64,000 bases of DNA from the human T2T-CHM13v2.0 reference genome, Homo sapiens. The translations under genes were made by a program, and so were the position numbers. Every line of letters begins with the position of its first letter. Within the stretch, counting starts at the first letter, position 1. Under the pieces are notes generated by a model. The model was not told where the DNA came from and searched no databases. It saw only the letters and a list, made by a program, of their open reading frames with translations. Shown here in pieces: positions 30,424 to 45,264 of this stretch. The stretch lies in NCBI RefSeq assembly GCF_009914755.1, contig NC_060927.1; one strand, 5' to 3'.

Positions 30424-31025
30424 TGTGAGAAACAAACTCACTTGTCCAAATTTAAAGAATGGACTCAGAGACCCGGAGAACAGCGAAAGTGAGACTTTTA
30501 AGGACCATCTTGCAAGATCAGGTGTCTGATGGGCAGGCACACCCAGCACAGTCACAACAAACAATTTACCCCCTAGTGCACAGGTTCCTCCCCCAGTTCC
30601 TCATAGGCTGACTACTATGGGGTCACAATCTTCCCACACGTCACCTATCAGTTGCTGGGCTGGGGCTTAGGTGTTTTCTTTGGGGTTGTCTTGCTGCATT
30701 TTGTTGCAGCCCACAATGCGTTGCATTCCTAGTCAGCTCAGGGGCTCTTTAAGTATTTGACTTATGACTTAAGTAGCTGGGCAGGCTGATGAGAATAGAC
30801 AAAGTGAGCTATCTTGCAGGCTAGTAAACTTTCATCTTAGACTAAACTTTTTTGGTTTGGGTGGGGGCAACTAACGGGGTCGGGGGTGGTGCAGGGAGGT
30901 GCGCGACAAGCAGGCATTGACTATCCAAGCAGGGGCCTAGTGTATCCTGTTTTTTTCTGTAGTTTGCTAACCTAAACCGATTCAAGGCACTTTGTCTTGG
31001 ACCACTGTATACGTTATTTCCTTCA
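30424..31025 (-). mobile_element. Solo ERV LTR of about 600 bp (LTR18B-like by recollection)
   Basis: TG...CA termini with CTAT on both flanks. Minus strand starts TGAAGGAAATAACGTATACAGTGGTCC. Several CpGs retained. Confidence 0.7.
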
Positions 31026-31684
31026 CTATCAATATGTAAATGTTATATTTGCTGGGAGGAAAACAAAAAATTGGGAACAGCAGGACTAGGGAAGCATTTT
31101 GCTATTTTGTAAATGGACACAGGGTCCTCTCTTGAATATCTATTGACAGTCCTAAGAGAAGAAACACCATGTCCCAGTACAGGTGGGAAGGCTGGGATGG
31201 AGAAGGGAGGCCCTCTTGTGCTGCCTAGGTACCAATCCAATAGCACCAATAAGCAAAGGGCCCAAAAAGGAAGACCTGGGGAAATGAGAATGCCTTGTAT
31301 TAATTAGTAGAGGGGGTCTGGATGCCAAAGAGAATGGGTTATAGAGTTAAAGGGTTGGAATCTGCGATCTCATTTGCCTAAGTTATCAGAGGGTAAGAAA
31401 TTCAGGCAGAAAGCACAGGTCTAGTCCAGGGAAAACCTGTAAGCAGGAGAAGTCTGGATTTAGGGCCTCCCACAAGGATATCAATGCATCTTTTCCTCCC
31501 TGCCCCCTTTCCCACCATCAAAATCATTACTCAGGAAAGAGGCTGATATTAGTCATTTATACTCTCTACAAGTAAATCTCAGGGGTATTTGCATCCTTCT
31601 TCCTAAGTGTGGCATGAGATATTCTGTTCCTGCTGGATCAGGTCCCTGCACTGGGGCAAATAATGGCAGGCAAGAGAGTACACT

Positions 31685-31893
31685 TCCTGCAGAGGAGAAC
31701 TTGTCGACATCTAACAAAGCTACAGACTCATTTACTCTTTAGCCAACCTAAGCAATCCCACTTCCAGAAATTCACCTTTAAGATACACGTCCACGGATAC
31801 AAAGCAACATGTGCAGGAGGTTTTTTATAGTGACATTAGTTATAATAGCAAAAATTAGAAATAATCCAAATGTCCATCCACAGGGGATTTGAT
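31685..31893 (+). mobile_element. L1M ORF2-end fragment
   Basis: 'AGCAATCCCACTTCCAGAAAT...TAATAGCAAAAATTAGAAATAATCCAAATGTCCATC'. Confidence 0.7.
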
Positions 31894-31894
31894 A

Positions 31895-31970
31895 GAGTGA
31901 CCTACTTGTTCCAGTTTTAAAACTGGAAGTCCCGTGTGCAGAAAATTCCCTCAGTCTCAGACAAACTTTG
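31895..31970. mobile_element. MER94-like hAT-Blackjack fragment
   Basis: 'CCAGTTTTAAAACTGGAAGTCCC...CCCTCAGTCTCAGACAAAC'. Confidence 0.55.
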
Positions 31971-32087
31971 TCCCATTCATCTTTAAGCATTTCTGGACCA
32001 ACCAGACTTATGAGATTCCTCTTGTATTTCCCTGGAATCAGCTATTTCCCAAAAGAGCCATCATTCATTTGAGTGGGGAAGGATACT

Positions 32088-32390
32088 GTTTTATTTTTAT
32101 TTTTTGAGATGGAGTCTCGCTCTGTTGCCCAGGCTGGAGTGCATGGCACGATCTCGGCTCACTGCAACCTCCACCTCCTGGGTTCAAGCAATTCTCCTGC
32201 CTCAGCTCCCTGAGTAACTGGGATTACAGGTGCCCACCACCACGCTCAGCTAATTTTTGTATTTTTAGTAGAGATGGGGTTTTGCCATGTTGGCGAGGCT
32301 GGTCTCAAACTCCTGGCTTCAAGTGATCTGCCCACCTTGGCTTCCCAAATTGCTGGGATTATAGCCGTGAGCCACCAGTGGCACCCGGTC
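32088..32390 (-). mobile_element. AluS within old antisense L1 3'UTR sequence (about 31990-33310)
   Basis: Full Alu with TSD TACTGTT. Confidence 0.9.
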
Positions 32391-33550
32391 AGTACTGTTA
32401 TTAGAAGCTAAGATTTGGGGACTTGGTATACTGAGGTGTTATTGCTTCTAGGGCCTTTCAGTTGACAGAGAAAAAATAAAAATATACGTATTATATATAA
32501 TATATACAATTATGAGTTTATATTTACTCCAATTCAAATGTAACATTTCAGGTTTTCATTAAATCTATTGTATTTTGTATATAAATCGCTTTTTTCTTAC
32601 TCTAAAAATCTTTTGATTCTTAATACTATTAGAATATATTTACTTATTTTCTTTATTCTCTAATATACATAGATAGAATAGTTTCAGGAATTTACTTCTT
32701 TGCTTTAATCTTACAATATACTTAAAAATTTTCCAAAGTTAAAAACCACTATTACCAGTACTAATACAATTACAAAGTAACCTTAAATATTTATATGCAG
32801 TTTTTTTTTTACTCTTGGAATATTTTTCACAGAGGACTAGAACCAGAGAACTGTATCAGAGATGTCTGAATTTTTTTCTTTTCTCGTCATATCTGTGTTA
32901 CTAATTTGGTACGCAATTAGTTTCCTTTAGCCAAGCCTGATATGTTTTCAATTTTCAAGTTTGTCTTTTCTTTCTTTTTGATTTAATTTATTTTGTGAAT
33001 ATGTAAAATTTGAATGCAAAGTCAAAATTATGTGAAAAGCCATATTCAGAGAAGTCTCATTTCCACTCGTATCCCCTCCTTCACTTTTCCCATTCCACCT
33101 CCCATGAGCAACAATTTTTATTAGTTTCTAGTTTATCTTTCCAGTGTTTCTTTTTGTAAAACTAAGCAAATGAATATGTGTATGTAACATATGTGTGTAT
33201 ATGTTCTTATTTCTCCACCTTTCTTTTACATATGGTAACATACGATATACACTATTCTGCAGCTTGATTTTTTCCATCTGACAACATGTATTGTAGTCAC
33301 TCCATAGGAACACATGTAGGTCTTCCTCATTCTTTGTCACATCTTCATAGCAAACCAAGGGTGAAGATACAGTGGTGTCTTCTATGGCTCCCAGTGTTTA
33401 CTTCTGAGAAGGGACTGAGAGAAAGGGAGGGTAGGAAGGACAGAAGAGAGGTGAAAGACTTCTATACTTCTATATTGTATTCTATATAATTATTATTTAA
33501 TGTTTTCTAATAAAAAAATTAAGGTATTCCTCTTTTAAAGAAATAGACTT

Positions 33551-33985
<435 letters not shown>

Positions 33986-34059
33986 CCTTTTTTAATTAAA
34001 AGAATTTTAACTAATGAGGATCTTGGTGAGGTGTACATTAGGAACATGTCACAAGAGCC

Positions 34060-35615
34060 AGTTGGCACGCCCTCCCAGTGGCCAAATTTGAAACAGTTTG
34101 ACAATGACTACAATTTATTATAAAACACTGAATAAACAGAGAACCATAAGAGAGGGGAAAAAAGAAAAAATATTAATTGCTGCCCTTGAAGATAACGAAT
34201 ATACCAAGTCCTTATTCTGAAAATTATAATTAAAAAACAAAAAAGACATCCATCCTGCTTATTTGTGTGTAGGAACATTAGTTCATCCTCAGTTAATTAG
34301 GGGAAGCTCTTCTTTACAGAAAAATGCCAGTTCATAAACAGAAGAAACAATAGATTTAGAAAGGCACCATCTGACAATCCCCAGTGTAATAACCAATTCG
34401 GGCAATTCATGGAGGTTATCTTAGTTCACTGAACTGCTATAACAAGGTACCATAGACTGGGTGCTTATAAACAACAGAAATGTATTATATTTTTCTCAGT
34501 TCTGGAGGCTGGGAAGCCCAAGATCAAGGCACTAGCTGATTTGGGGTCTCATGACGGCTTGCTTTCTGTTTCATAGATGGAACCTTCTAGCTGTGTCCTC
34601 ACATGTTGGAAGGGGCAAGTCAGCTCTCTGGGGCCTCTTTTATAAGGGCACTAATCCCATTCACAAGGGCTCCACCCTCACGACCTAATCATCTCCCAAA
34701 GGCCCCACCTCCTAATACCATTACATTGGGAATTAGGTTTCAATTTATGAATTTTGGGGGGACATAAATATTCAGGCCATAGCAGATAATGAAAGGCTGA
34801 TGGAGAATACATATCTACACTGCCAATGTATCACCCCATAGATTACAAAGGGGAAATGTGCCTTTATAATGGAGAAATCTGGTAGTCACTAACTCAACTA
34901 AGTGATTCAACCTAGCATCCTTTACCATGGGAAAACCTAACACTACATATCTCCTGAAAGATGCAACATGAAGGAAACAGCATTACCCAGAATGCCAAAA
35001 TTGTTTAACTGAGATCCAGTCAAGCTTTTGGACAAAATTTGAATCTAAAAGAAACCCAGGGAGGTAGAAGAACAAGTCAAGTGAACTGTGAAGAAGCAAT
35101 TAAATTAATCTAGAATGTGAGACATTCTATAAAACAGCTGGCATGGTCTCTTTGAAAATAAATTCCATGGGAAAAAAAAGTAGATTATTCTACGATAAAA
35201 TAAATAGACATAACCATTGTAATACATGAAACTTGGTTAAACTTCACTTATTTATTTTAAACAGCCATAAAACACATTTTTGGGGAACAGTTGGGGAAAT
35301 TTAAATTTGGGTCTAATGTTGGGTGACATTAGGGATTAATGTTAATTATCTTAGGAGTCACAAAGACATTGTGTTTATGTAGAAAAATATCCTTATTCTA
35401 AGGAGATGCATGCTGAAATAATTAGGGGTGAAGTATCGTGATAGCTGCAATCTATCTTCAGCAAAAATAAAATATATACACACAGAGATAAATCAAATAT
35501 AGACAGTGTTAACAATTGTTCAATCTAGTTGGTGGGTATAGGAGTGTTCACAGTATTATTCTTTCAACTTTGCTGTGTATTTGAAATTTCCTTATAATAA
35601 AATGTTGGAAAATGC
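34060..35615 (+). mobile_element. L1MC/ME 3'UTR, interrupted by MLT1A
   Basis: 'CCCAGTGGCCAAATTTGAAACA', 'GAGATGCATGCTGAAATAATTAGGGGTGAAGT', 'TCTTTCAACTTTGCTGTGTATTTGAAATTT'. Confidence 0.7.
34417..34783 (-). mobile_element. MLT1A/MLT1A0 LTR
   Basis: 'GCTATAACAAGGTACCATAGACTGGG...TTTTATAAGGGCACTAATCCCATTCA...TTCAGGCCATAGCA'. Confidence 0.88.
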
Positions 35616-36015
35616 AGTTGTAAAAATCAAGCATCAATCCCACATTCTCTGTTGAAACTTTGTTTCAGAGGAACCAGATAGCCCAAGTTGCTGAAGGAAA
35701 GCTCTATGTCACAGAAGAATTGAGGTAACAGATGTAGAAGGAAGGGCGGACAGAAAAAGCATCATTTCACCAGCACTATGAAAATGGTTGATTCAAGCAA
35801 GAAGTATTTATTATTACAATCATCAGATGAATGGTTGATGGGACTAAGCATTCGTATGGTGCCATAGGAACATTACACGGATCATCTCTAGTGAAGGACT
35901 CAGACCATCATCACCCTTTCCCAACAGTGAAATTTAGGCTCAGTCAGGAAGGTATAGGAAAACAGCTCCACTGTGATGCGGTGACCTGGCATGACCCACA
36001 CAGGCAAAGGCTTGA

Positions 36016-36815
<800 letters not shown>

Positions 36816-37333
36816 TGAGACAAGAACCATGGGTAACTGGTACCTTTAGCATACTTCCTTTCACTGTCTTAGTAGGTAATAAGCTGCCTAAGTCTAAAAG
36901 TGGCCTACTGTGACTTTACTGATATAACCAGTCAGGTTTTAGCCTTGGTCTTGCCTTGTCTTGTATGTGAGAGCTAGACAAAAGGGTCATCTGGGCATTA
37001 TGGCTCCCCAAAGTGCTGTGCTATGAAGCATGCAGCATACTCTAGCCAAACTATGTTCATCTTCAACATGTCAGTGTCATACAAAAGGGGATTGTGCTAG
37101 ACTAAAAGAGATTTAAGGACATAATCAGATGCAATGTCAGGTCCTTGATTTGAAACTGGTTTGGATAAACCAGCTATAAAGGGTATTTTATGGTAATTTG
37201 GGGAAATTTGAATATGGTTTGAGTATTAATAAAAATTTATCTAAATATAAGATTGGAACCAAGTGGCTTACAAAACTGCATAGTATGATTTTATTTTGGC
37301 TTACAAATGTGTATAGAAAAATATCTTAAAGGG

Positions 37334-37775
37334 TGTATCAGTCACCAATTGCCACAAAATGCTGTGTAACAAAATAAATTTCAGTGGCATGCAATAATAA
37401 GAGTTTATTTCACGCTCTCTCATCTGTAGGTTCTCTGTAGTTATCTAGGCTGGCCTTGACTGGGCTGAAGGTTGAACCTAGATCTACTCCATGTGCATCT
37501 CATCCTCCTTGGACCAACTCCTACCTGAGGCACATCCTTTTCTTGGTGAGAGGCTAGAGTGCAAATCGGCAAGGTCAACCATGTGAGAACACATCGAGCC
37601 TCTAATTGTACCCTGTTTGCTAACATCCCATTGGCCAAAGCAAGTCACGTAGCTAGGTGCAAAATCAAGGGGCAGGGTGATTTAGTCCACCCACCACAAG
37701 GCCACGACACGGTGTGGATATATACTACTACTACAGGGGAATGGAGAATTGGTACCAATATTTTAATCTACCACA
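37334..37775 (-). mobile_element. MLT1H/I-like LTR, complete
   Basis: TG...CA termini with a perfect 5-bp TSD AAGGG (37329-37333, 37776-37780). Confidence 0.88.
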
Positions 37776-38744
37776 AAGGGTATGCTCTAGACAAAAGTTA
37801 CAACAGTAACAGTTAAGTAGTAGAAACATGATGTTTACATTTTTTAAATTTTTACTTATTGGCATTTTTCTAATTTTCTGTAATAAACATATACTCTATA
37901 TTGAAATAATGACAACTTTTGTTTAAAACTTAAACAAGTAAAACAGCTACTTAGAAGTTCCACCTTATCACTCCAAGCCCTCTACCTCCAATTTCATATC
38001 AACTGGGAAGATTTTACTCTATTGAATTAAACGTACCTACTTCTGGAGAGGCTGCTCTGTTCCAGGCACTGGGGTTAGGGAGTGGGGGATTGTGGAAGGG
38101 TAGGGGAAGGAGACTTCTCTCTCCCCAGGCCACTAGATAAAAGGCCATGTTTGTCCACATTGGGAGGCTGATGGGAAGAAAGGATGCCAGACCAGTTGGC
38201 CTGTCCCTGGGGCTTGTCTCAGGACCTCCAGGAAGTGCTTCTGAACTGCAGGCTCTCGTGTGTGTCTCCCATTTGTCAAAACTTTGACCTGATCTTTTCA
38301 GAATCCACCTTGTGAGGCCCCAGCCTTGGAAGCCACTGCCCATTGCCAGAACACGGGGAGTAGAGCAGTGAGCACTGAGTGGGCCTGAGGCTGCCTTTCT
38401 TCCCTGGCACACGTCCTGAGGAGGGGAGGTTGTGGCGGCACCAGGCAGAAGCTATGCCACTGCTGCGCTGGGTCTCCCTCCCCAGAAGCCCTCACTCTTG
38501 ATTTGCTCAAGCTGTTCCCACTGCCTGGGATCCTGCTTCCCCTTTCTCTCTTCCTCCTTACATCTTGACTCCAGTGTCACCCTCCAGGCAGGAATGTCTT
38601 AATCCTCCTCACACCAAACGATCCCCTCCTTTCTCTGTCTCTTCTCCATCTCCAGCCTTGGTTTTCAGCAGGCTTTGTTCACACTTCCATCCCAGCAGCC
38701 ATGGCTTGGGCTGGGGCTCACAGCCCTCACACTCAAATGCTGTT

Positions 38745-38860
38745 TACTCATTTCATTAGACGAACATGCCGAGTACCTACTATGTGCCAGGCCCTGCTTT
38801 AAGGCCCTGGGTATGCAACTGCAAACACAACATTCCAGTGGGAGAGACAGAAAACACAAA
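38745..38860 (-). mobile_element. L2 3' end
   Basis: 'GAGTACCTACTATGTGCCAGGCCCTGCTTTAAGGCCCTGGG'. Confidence 0.7.
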
Positions 38861-39984
38861 GAAGTGATTGGGAAATAATTAACCTATGAACAACCCACAC
38901 TGGTGTCTGTGTCTGTCTCCCCATGAGACCTAGACCCCACCTCTGATCTCGTTTCTAGTTTCTGGTACAGGGCTGTGCTTATAGCTTGTGCTTAATCACC
39001 ATTTGCCGAGTGATCAAGTGAATAGACAGCAATCAGTTGTGGATGGCTTGTGTGGATATGATGGCCTGGTGGCCTTAGACCAGTGCCATGGGGATCAGCT
39101 CCTTCTAGCTAGCCATTCACTCTCAGAAATAGTCAATGCTTCCCTAAGCCCAGGGCTGAAGCACCGGTTGCCTCGATGACCCAATAAAGCACCCCACACA
39201 CATACCCTAGAAGACAGCTGCCTGCCCACTGACCCCCTACCAGGATCCCTACCCTTCTGACAAAATTGAGTGTGCCAAGGGCAACCTTGTCCCCAAGGAC
39301 TATAACAACAACAAATATAAATCCCTGATATGACACTTGGGCCCCTCCAAGAAGCAAATGTTCAAGTCAACAAATGTTTATTAAGTACAGGCAGATGAAA
39401 CTCATATAGCTCCCCATCAAGGAAGCATGGGGTGGGAAGAATAAGCGGACACAGACATGGAAAATTTCAATATAGTAAAGATGAAGTCATCAAGTACAGC
39501 TTCCAAGGCCTATCAAGACTGGGCTGGGGGACTGAGTTGGCTGGAGGGCATGAGAACGGGCCAGGCACAGGAGGGTCAAGGGTGCTCCCAGCAGAGGTGG
39601 CAATGGGAGCCATGGCAAAGGCTGGGATGCCTGTAGCTGGGGAATAGGCAGCTAAGCTGTCCAGTGTTTCTAAAGAATAAGATGCCCAAAGGAAGCCCTG
39701 CCTTCCCGAGGCAGGATATGAGGGGCTTTCTTGAATGATTGCCAAGGTGTGTGACCTATTCTGTCCTTGGCTCTGCTGGGTACAGTGCTCGGGACAGGGT
39801 GAACTAAAATGCTATCTTTCTTTAATTTAAACATTTAAAAAATATTCATTACAAAAGAAACACATGTTTATTATGTAATATTTGGAACACCCAACAAAGC
39901 ATAAGGAAAAAAATAAAAGTCACCTACAGTCTTCTGCAAGAGTTAACAGTGGCTGATATTTCTTGCTGAGAGTGGAGCACCCAG

Positions 39985-40160
39985 CATTTCACAGGTCTCA
40001 CAAGAATCCTAAGAGGCAGGTACTCTTAGCTGCATTTGCTAGATGGGGAAACGGAGTCATGGGAAAGATAAGCAATTTGCACAGGACCACTCATTAGCAA
40101 ACGAGAGCCCACATTCCAACACAGGCAGCCTGAGTTCCAGACACTCTTTCTTAACCATTA
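39985..40160 (-). mobile_element. MIR
   Basis: Core 'AGATGGGGAAACGGAG...AAGCAATTTGCACAGGACCAC'. Confidence 0.7.
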
Positions 40161-40176
40161 GGACCATTTTGGTTTA

Positions 40177-40447
40177 CAGCTGCATTCCAAACTAGTTGCT
40201 GCGGAGCCCCAGGGCTCTGCAGTAAACTTATGGGGTATTTCAAATAGTTAATGGAAATATAGTAATAGCTATCGGCCACAGATTAACTACTACTATTAAG
40301 TTGTTTGGATCCAACTACTTAACAAATAAAACTGTTGGGTTTTTATTTGGTGGGGCGAGGATGTCGAGGGGTGTCTAGGGGCTTTGTAAAGAATTGCTGA
40401 GATACTAAAGTTTCCATGGGCTGAGAACGTTTTAGAACATCCAGCTG
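40177..40447. mobile_element. Non-autonomous hAT-Charlie element
   Basis: Degenerate TIRs CAGCTGCATTCCAAAC ... GTTTTAGAACATCCAGCTG. Confidence 0.5.
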
Positions 40448-40559
40448 ATAGTATTCTATGCAGGTGTATACCACCTTCTTTTTCACTTACAAAATGAACT
40501 CATGACATATATGGAATTTTATAACCTGCTTTTTATCCCTTTCACAATCTGAGAATACT

Positions 40560-41025
40560 TATGCATGTATTTAAGTGATTTCTTTTTATTTAGCTAATAT
40601 TCCATTGTTGGATAGATTTTTTTTTCAAATTTCTATCAATAATACTATGAGAACATTTTTGTAAATAAGGGCACCGTATTGCTCAGCCAAAAGGTGTGCA
40701 TATGTTTAAGACTTTCAATATGCGCCCAGATTGCTTTCTAGAAAGGTCTTCTCTAACTGCATTCTAACCAAGTACAGCAAAATGGCAGTTCACCCATAGT
40801 ATATTCACCCATCTGTATATTATCATTTAAAAAAATACTTGCCATTTAGTAGATTAAAAATGTGTTCTCGTTATTGTTTTAATGTACTCCCTCAGCTGCT
40901 AATGAGTTTGGCAATTTTTTTATTTGTTTATTGGCCACTTGTGGTTCTATTGTGAATTGCCTATTCACATTCTTTACTCGTTTTTCACTTGGAATGTTCA
41001 TCTATTTCTTATTGATTTGCAAGCC
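40560..41025 (-). mobile_element. Old L1M fragment
   Basis: 'TTATTGGCCACTTGTGGTTCTATTGTGAATTGCCTATTCAC...TTTCTTATTGATTTG'. Confidence 0.7.
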
Positions 41026-41463
41026 TCCATCCAATTTTAATGAAAAGCTTAAATCCCCAGCACAGCTGTGAGAAACGCTGATGGCTGCAGTTCTCTGCAG
41101 ATCTAATTGTTTTAATAAGTTCCACAAAGACTCAAAGCCTAATGAAGGTATAGATCTGATCTGTGGGGCTTAGAAAAGCTATGTAATTAGAAGTTTCCTT
41201 TCTCAGTCAAAAGCCAACTATATTTATCAGTTTAACTTCCTACTTTTTTCCTATTTTGAAAAATAATACATTTAAATATATCCTACTGGTCTTGGCGGCA
41301 TGGTAGGGAGGGCATCAGAACAATGTCTGGTTGTTATGTAACTCTCCAATTAATTTAGGGTCTTATTTTCTCTTTTGGTTTCATATTTTGTCTTTAAAGT
41401 GAAGGCTTCAGATCTCTTTGGTTCATTTCTGCTTTAGCTGCCTCTGGAACCTGAAGTGAGGCT

Positions 41464-41476
41464 GTCACCTAGCAAC
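41464..41476. promoter_or_regulatory. RFX X-box motif
   Basis: GTCACCTAGCAAC fits GTNRCC(N)RGYAAC. Motif match only. Confidence 0.35.
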
Positions 41477-41919
41477 CAGGGCTCTGCTTATAGAAACAGA
41501 AGACTTGGCCCTGGCCAAGAGAGGAAAATCACCAGTTGGAATAAAAAGTTTTATGTTTGAACTAGAGAGCAGCCAAAGGTGCAGCGCCTAGCAGGATGCA
41601 GTCGCCAAGCTGTCCTCCCAGAGGAACCCCAGGCTCTCGGAGGCCCAGACACAGAGTTGGGGAGGGCTGATGGCTTCAGCATCAAACTTTGGGAGCTTTG
41701 CTCCCCATCCGGAGGGGCAATGGCAAGTGGAATGCTTTCGACTTGGATCCAGAAAAGAGGTTTTAACTCCCCTACCCCACAACCCCTGCATGATCTGATC
41801 TCTTGGGACCCTGGTCAGTTCTGGGGGGCCACAAGGCTTGAGGCTTCATGCAAGCATTTGGGGATGCAGGCTGCTCCCTTCGAGTTCAGTTTTATCACCT
41901 GGGTCTGAGCAGGAATATG

Positions 41920-42052
41920 TACTGGGCGTGGTGATGCATACCTGTAATCCCAGCTACTCGAGAGATAGAGGTGGGAGGACTGCTTGAGCTCAGGAATTCA
42001 AATCCAGCCTGGGTAACACAGCAAGACCCCATCTCAAACAAAACAAAACAAA
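41920..42052 (+). mobile_element. FLAM_A/FAM-like Alu monomer
   Basis: Monomer with a (CAAAA)n tail. Confidence 0.8.
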
Positions 42053-42429
42053 GACTCCAGGGGCTCCCACGCTGTGAAGCTGGGGGATAATATTAACACT
42101 TCCAGGATGTTCTGCATCCATCATCAGATGTAAGGAAAACCTGGAGTAACTAGAGTTCTGGAGTCACTAAGATTCTGAGTAGAGGAAGGGACTCTAGCTG
42201 GCTTGCTGGACTTCAGTATACTGCAATCCCACTGGCAACACTGCCCCTATTTAGTAGTTACAGCATTTTCCCTTGAAACCCCACCCCCTTCCCACACAGA
42301 CACCACCCACCCCCAACCATGGACTCCCACCTCCTTATTTTTCCTTCTCTTTCTCCAGGACATGCCCTGGCCAAGGGAATATTACTGAGCCTGATCAGAA
42401 CACAGGCCTTAAATATTCTTCTGTGGTTT

Positions 42430-42850
42430 GGCTTGCTCTTCTGCCCTCTGTTATGAAAATAAAAGTCCCAGGTAGCCCCTGGTCCAGGGAGAACAAAGAG
42501 ATACGTATTACAGACCTAAACTCAGCTGTGGCCTGAAGTAGAGTCATGCCAGCCAATCTCCAGGCCAATGAAAAAGAAAAATGAAATGTTTGTTGTTGTG
42601 AACCACTAAGATTTGGGGACTATTTGTTAGGCAGCTTTATTGCAGCAATACCTAACTAATACACTGCTCATTACTCACTACCACTATTTCCTTCTACATG
42701 TCCCGATACTTGTATCTTCTGAGGCCCACTTAGTCAGCTTTTCTTTCAAATCTTCAGGCTTTACTACATTCTTCTAATAAATTCCTCTCTTTGCTAAAGT
42801 TAGTGGGAATGGATTTCTGTTGCTTGCAACTCAGAATGCTGACTGGTAGA
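42430..42850 (+). mobile_element. Two old MLT1 3' fragments
   Basis: Ends 'GCAATACCTAACTAATACA' (42663) and 'TTCTGTTGCTTGCAACTCAGAA'. Confidence 0.6.
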
Positions 42851-44189
42851 GTTCGTCTACTAAATCTCCTCTCCAGAATTGACTATGCCTCCATCTGAAT
42901 TCAGAACCTTCCTCATACGATCTGAATGGTCATTTCCAGCCTTTTCCCCATCTCCTTTTGTCTTTAGGGAGCCTCGGCTGCATCCAACCGAAACAACCTG
43001 TGTCCTGAACAGGTTTCCCTGTTTCCTCCCTGGAGGACTTTGCACACATTTGGTCTGGTGGCAGCATTCTCTCTATCTTCAACTGCTGAGTCCTGTGAAT
43101 CTTCTAAACATCACCTCTTCGAGGAAGTCCTTCCTGATTCTCCCCTGGAACTCCCATCTCCCCTCTGTAATACTGGATGCACTTGCCCTAGTTGTCCTAG
43201 TCTGGATGGTGCCTATCTTTCTCTAAAGAGCTGCTGTGGTTTATTGCCTTACTAGAGGAGAATTTATGGAGACCAGCACTCAGGGGTGGCAGAGAAATCC
43301 CAAATCTTTTTCAATGTCACTCATCCCCATTAATCACTTTCCAGTGGGATTTCCTGACACTTGAAATCAAGGGTCCTGTGTTGTCTACTTTTGCATTCAT
43401 ATGCCAAGCTCAGGGCCTGGAACAAGGGTGTACTCTAAAGGGTTATTTGAATGCAGGAATGAACAAATGCCCATCTTTTCTAGAATCTGAGTACATAATA
43501 GAAATATATTCCTGGCCAATCACGTGGTTCTTTTGATCTGGATGAAACATAGCCATGATTTTTTCACCTTGTCCAAAGATGAAGTTGGGTCTTGGACAAC
43601 TGCCAAGACCTGGGTGTCAACCACAGACCAAATATTATTGAGAAACATCCAAATGAAGCACCCAACACTTAAAATTCACTCAGTTCTTAATGTTACAGTT
43701 GATGGGACCACAATGGCCTATGCTTGCAGGCTCAGTACATATAATCCATGAAACTGAGGTTTGGTGTAGGGAAGCAGGAATCTGAAACCCATGCAGACAA
43801 TAAAGGGAAGGATGGGAACTGGACTCCAGACTTCCAAATTGTCAGTTCTCTATTCCTTACAAGTAGTAGAAGTTTCCATGGCAAAACAGACTAGAGAGCC
43901 TCCAAGCTGGGTTTTTCCATTGGGTCTTCCTACACAGCCTGTTAATAGGGCGGGCATCACCGTTCCTGTGCCAACCTCCACAGTCACAAAGGCTGCTATT
44001 CTGTGGCCAGGAGGATTCTTAAAATAATAGTGCTGCCTGCCTCTGTGGGCTGGAGCCAGCTGTCTCAGCACAATTGGTTCCTGAACTACAATTTCCTACT
44101 TCTGGTGATAATTGGTGTCATAGTAACTGGTCAGCCACGTCCATTTCTGTCCTGGTAGCCAGGGCTTGGTCAGGCAGGGGAGAGACCCA

Positions 44190-44400
44190 GAGTGAAAAGA
44201 ATCAGGTGAGCATCATGTGATGGGATAGGAAAGACTTTTGGAACCAGAAAGATTCGAATTCAAATCCTAACTCTGCCACTTGCTGGTTCTGTGGGCTCCA
44301 TTTTCTCATTTGTCAGGTGCGAGTGATCACTGCACCTGCCTCAAAGAGTTGATGTGAGATGAATACTGTGTCTGACATATAGTGATGGTTAGTGAATACT
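44190..44400 (+). mobile_element. MIR
   Basis: 'TTCAAATCCTAACTCTGCCACTTGCT...TTTTCTCATTTGT'. Confidence 0.65.
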
Positions 44401-44427
44401 GTGTTACTGCATAAAATAAGAAAGAGG

Positions 44428-44872
44428 GCTGCCAGAGGCAGACCCTGAGACAAGGAGTTGATTTGGAGGTGATTCTGGGAAACACCAGTATGACAGTGGG
44501 GAAGTGAGTTACAGAAAGGAAGACAGTGATGCAGCAGGCTTTAATGTGTAGGTTACCCTGAGAACAGTGAGAGTTCAGTCCCACTGGGCACCTTTAAGAG
44601 TCAGGGTGGAGCATGCCTCAGCATTGTCCCCCCCAGCAAAGGGTGAGGAAGTTGAGGTATTTATCCACCCCAACTCCCACCCACCAGTGGTCATGGCTGC
44701 TGGGGAGTGGGGCTTAACTTTCCAGCACAACTTGCTCTTTGCAACAGCTTAATGGGCTTAAGAAGCCTGAGAAAGCCTGCTTTGGGCAGCAAGTTGCAGC
44801 TGCTGGCAATTGACATATGGGGTCCATGTGCATGGGAAAGATCACTGTGGGGCACCCACAGCATGTATTACA
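44428..44872 (-). mobile_element. LTR16A-like LTR
   Basis: 'GCAGACCCTGAGACAAGGA...GGGTGAGGAAGTTGAGGTATTTATCCAC'. Confidence 0.7.
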
Positions 44873-44914
44873 AGGGTCCAAAGCTCATCAGGAGAAACCA
44901 GGGCTGTCATACTA

Positions 44915-45264
<350 letters not shown>

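Noticed and set aside
31909-31928. Perfect 20-bp palindrome TTCCAGTTTTAAAACTGGAA
   Set aside because: Largely intrinsic to the MER94-like element it sits in.
41578-41600. CTCF-like AGCGCCTAGCAGG
   Set aside because: Spacing does not fit the CTCF core consensus.
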